From: Desulfobacteria bacterium
Lineage (GTDB): Bacteria > Desulfobacterota > Desulfobacteria > Desulfobacterales > C00003060
NCBI GenBank assembly: GCA_041547605.1
Contig: JBFEUB010000002.1
Coordinates: forward strand, 1-45,784
DNA: 45,784 bases
Reading direction: 5' to 3'
The position numbers were made by a program, and so were the translations under genes. The notes under the pieces were generated by a model. It had not been told where the DNA came from, ran no database searches, and was given only the letters and a program-made list of their open reading frames with translations. Below are positions 44,586-45,784 of the stretch, in pieces. Positions within the stretch are counted from its first letter, which is position 1; every line of letters starts with the position of its first letter.

Positions 44586-44624
44586 GTAAATTATGATAAA
44601 TTATCTATAAATTATAATAAATTA
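44586..44624. repeat. four helically phased direct repeats TAAATTAT
   Basis: Copies start at 44586, 44596, 44607 and 44617 (spacing 10, 11, 10 bp), 180-220 bp upstream of the sigma-54 promoter. TGTCAAGT direct repeats lie at 44545 and 44579. Confidence 0.7.
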
Positions 44625-44751
44625 TCCTATATAGTTCCTGTTAGGACGAGAGGCCACCATATATGTAAGTTGTAAGGCGTTTCAGATCAGATCGGCTAGG
44701 CCATGTTGGAAGGTCAAAAGCTGAGAAAAAGGTCTGGTATCCCTTCTTGGG

Positions 44752-45784
44752 CTAAACGATTGTATACCCGGGTCCGTCACCCCCTTCCGGGCAGGTCCAG
44801 GTGATATTCCCGAACGGATCCTTGATTTCGCAGGTTTTGCAATGAAGACAATTTGCAGGGTTAAGTTTTAGTTTCCTCTCCTGGCTCTTTTCGTCAATAT
44901 CTAATTCATAGACATTTGCGGGGCAAAACCTTGTGCACGGACATTGATAGGTTTCAAAACAGGTATTCATACATAGATCTAGGTCGTGGACAATCAAATG
45001 GCAGGGCTGGTCTTCCTGGTGGCGGGTTTTTGACAGATAGACGCCGGTGAGTTTATCGACATAGAGAATACCGTCATAAGCCTGCTTTTCGTACAACCCA
45101 TGGGGCGAGTAAACCTCTGTTAATGGGCTTAAGCTCTTGGCGTCTTCCCTCATAGGCATTTTATCAAAAATGCCCCGTCCACCCGTGAGATATTGCGCGC
45201 CGATGTGAAAAAACTTGGCAAGACCTTTTTTGGAAACGGCCTGGGCAAAATTTCTTCCAATATACAGCTCTTTTTTAAGCCAACTCGCCTCAAGTCGATG
45301 ACCATAGTTTAACGTCTCTTGAGTAAACCTGCCCTTTGCGAAGGCCTCCATGATGGTTTCTGTTGCAAGCATGCCTGACTTCATAGAGGTATGGATACCC
45401 TTGAGCGCTGGCGCATTGAGCATTGAGGCACTGCTCCCTATAAAAAGACCGCCACCAACGGCCAGCTTCGGCATTGTGTAATAACCTCCCGAGACGATGG
45501 TCCTGGCACCCTGCTCCATCACCCGGCCGCCTTTGATGACTTCACTGATGAATGGATGCCGTTTGAATTTCATGAATTCTTCATACAGATCGAGCATGGG
45601 GTCCTCATAGCTCAATCCCACGATAAGCCCAAGGGAGGCCCTGTTGTCCTTCATCTCGTAGATGAAACCACCGCCATGGGTATTTAAGCCGAGCGGGTAG
45701 CCAAAAGTATGAATGTCATTGCCCAGGCTGTCCGAAAAATAGTTGGTGTCCGGCAGTTGGATCACTTCCTTGATTCCGGTTTCA
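44752..45784 (-). CDS. electron-transfer flavoprotein:quinone oxidoreductase-like (FixC/ETF-QO), N-terminus outside the window
   Basis: Has the C-terminal 4Fe-4S signature (CPANVYE...NCLHCKTCEIKDP...ITWTCPEGGDGPGY). The reading frame stays open to the window edge. Confidence 0.8.
   Translation of the reverse strand, partial: ETGIKEVIQLPDTNYFSDSLGNDIHTFGYPLGLNTHGGGFIYEMKDNRASLGLIVGLSYEDPMLDLYEEFMKFKRHPFISEVIKGGRVMEQGARTIVSGGYYTMPKLAVGGGLFIGSSASMLNAPALKGIHTSMKSGMLATETIMEAFAKGRFTQETLNYGHRLEASWLKKELYIGRNFAQAVSKKGLAKFFHIGAQYLTGGRGIFDKMPMREDAKSLSPLTEVYSPHGLYEKQAYDGILYVDKLTGVYLSKTRHQEDQPCHLIVHDLDLCMNTCFETYQCPCTRFCPANVYELDIDEKSQERKLKLNPANCLHCKTCEIKDPFGNITWTCPEGGDGPGYTIV

Overview
The window looks like chromosomal DNA from a sigma-54-using Gram-negative anaerobe. 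The gene content (EtfAB, an ETF:quinone oxidoreductase-like gene, a pilMNOPQ layout, LysM/TsaP-like proteins) suggests Desulfobacterota/deltaproteobacteria, but that is inference only. The first ~22 kb is mostly housekeeping: tRNA-Val, pgsA, leuA, ispB-like, rimO, etfBA, birA, a cbpA-like DnaJ, hpt, a K+ channel, MTHFS, serS and thrC. It also holds a three-gene envelope lipoprotein operon and a stand-alone PilZ protein. From ~22.3 kb to 44.4 kb lies a large type IV pilus (T4P) region. It starts with a sigma-54-promoted minor-pilin operon (FimT/GspH-like, PilV, PilW-like, oversized PilX). A second orphan PilW-like gene follows, then a convergent five-gene minus-strand unit: a beta-sandwich membrane protein, a 944-aa GT-C-like polytopic protein with TPR tail, an interrupted GxxExxY gene, a B12-radical SAM enzyme and a GT2 glycosyltransferase. 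Next come two LysM proteins flanking a PilF/PilW-type TPR lipoprotein, and a sigma-54-promoted XRE-pilMNOPQ operon. The most unusual content is the pair of PilW-like pilins, each with a Thr-rich mucin-like linker and a conserved 2-Cys C-terminal domain, sitting next to a putative periplasmic glycosylation module. At the DNA level there is a dispersed hairpin-core MITE/REP-like repeat family (6-7 copies), one copy of which splits the GxxExxY gene. That gene itself lies in a cassette bounded by inverted repeats. Other signals are a Leu-rich leader-peptide attenuator upstream of leuA, helically phased AT-rich direct repeats upstream of the pilM promoter, and a GC-rich structured intergenic island. 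No CRISPR array, rRNA, transposase or phage genes were seen. All family assignments come from motif recognition by eye, not from searches.
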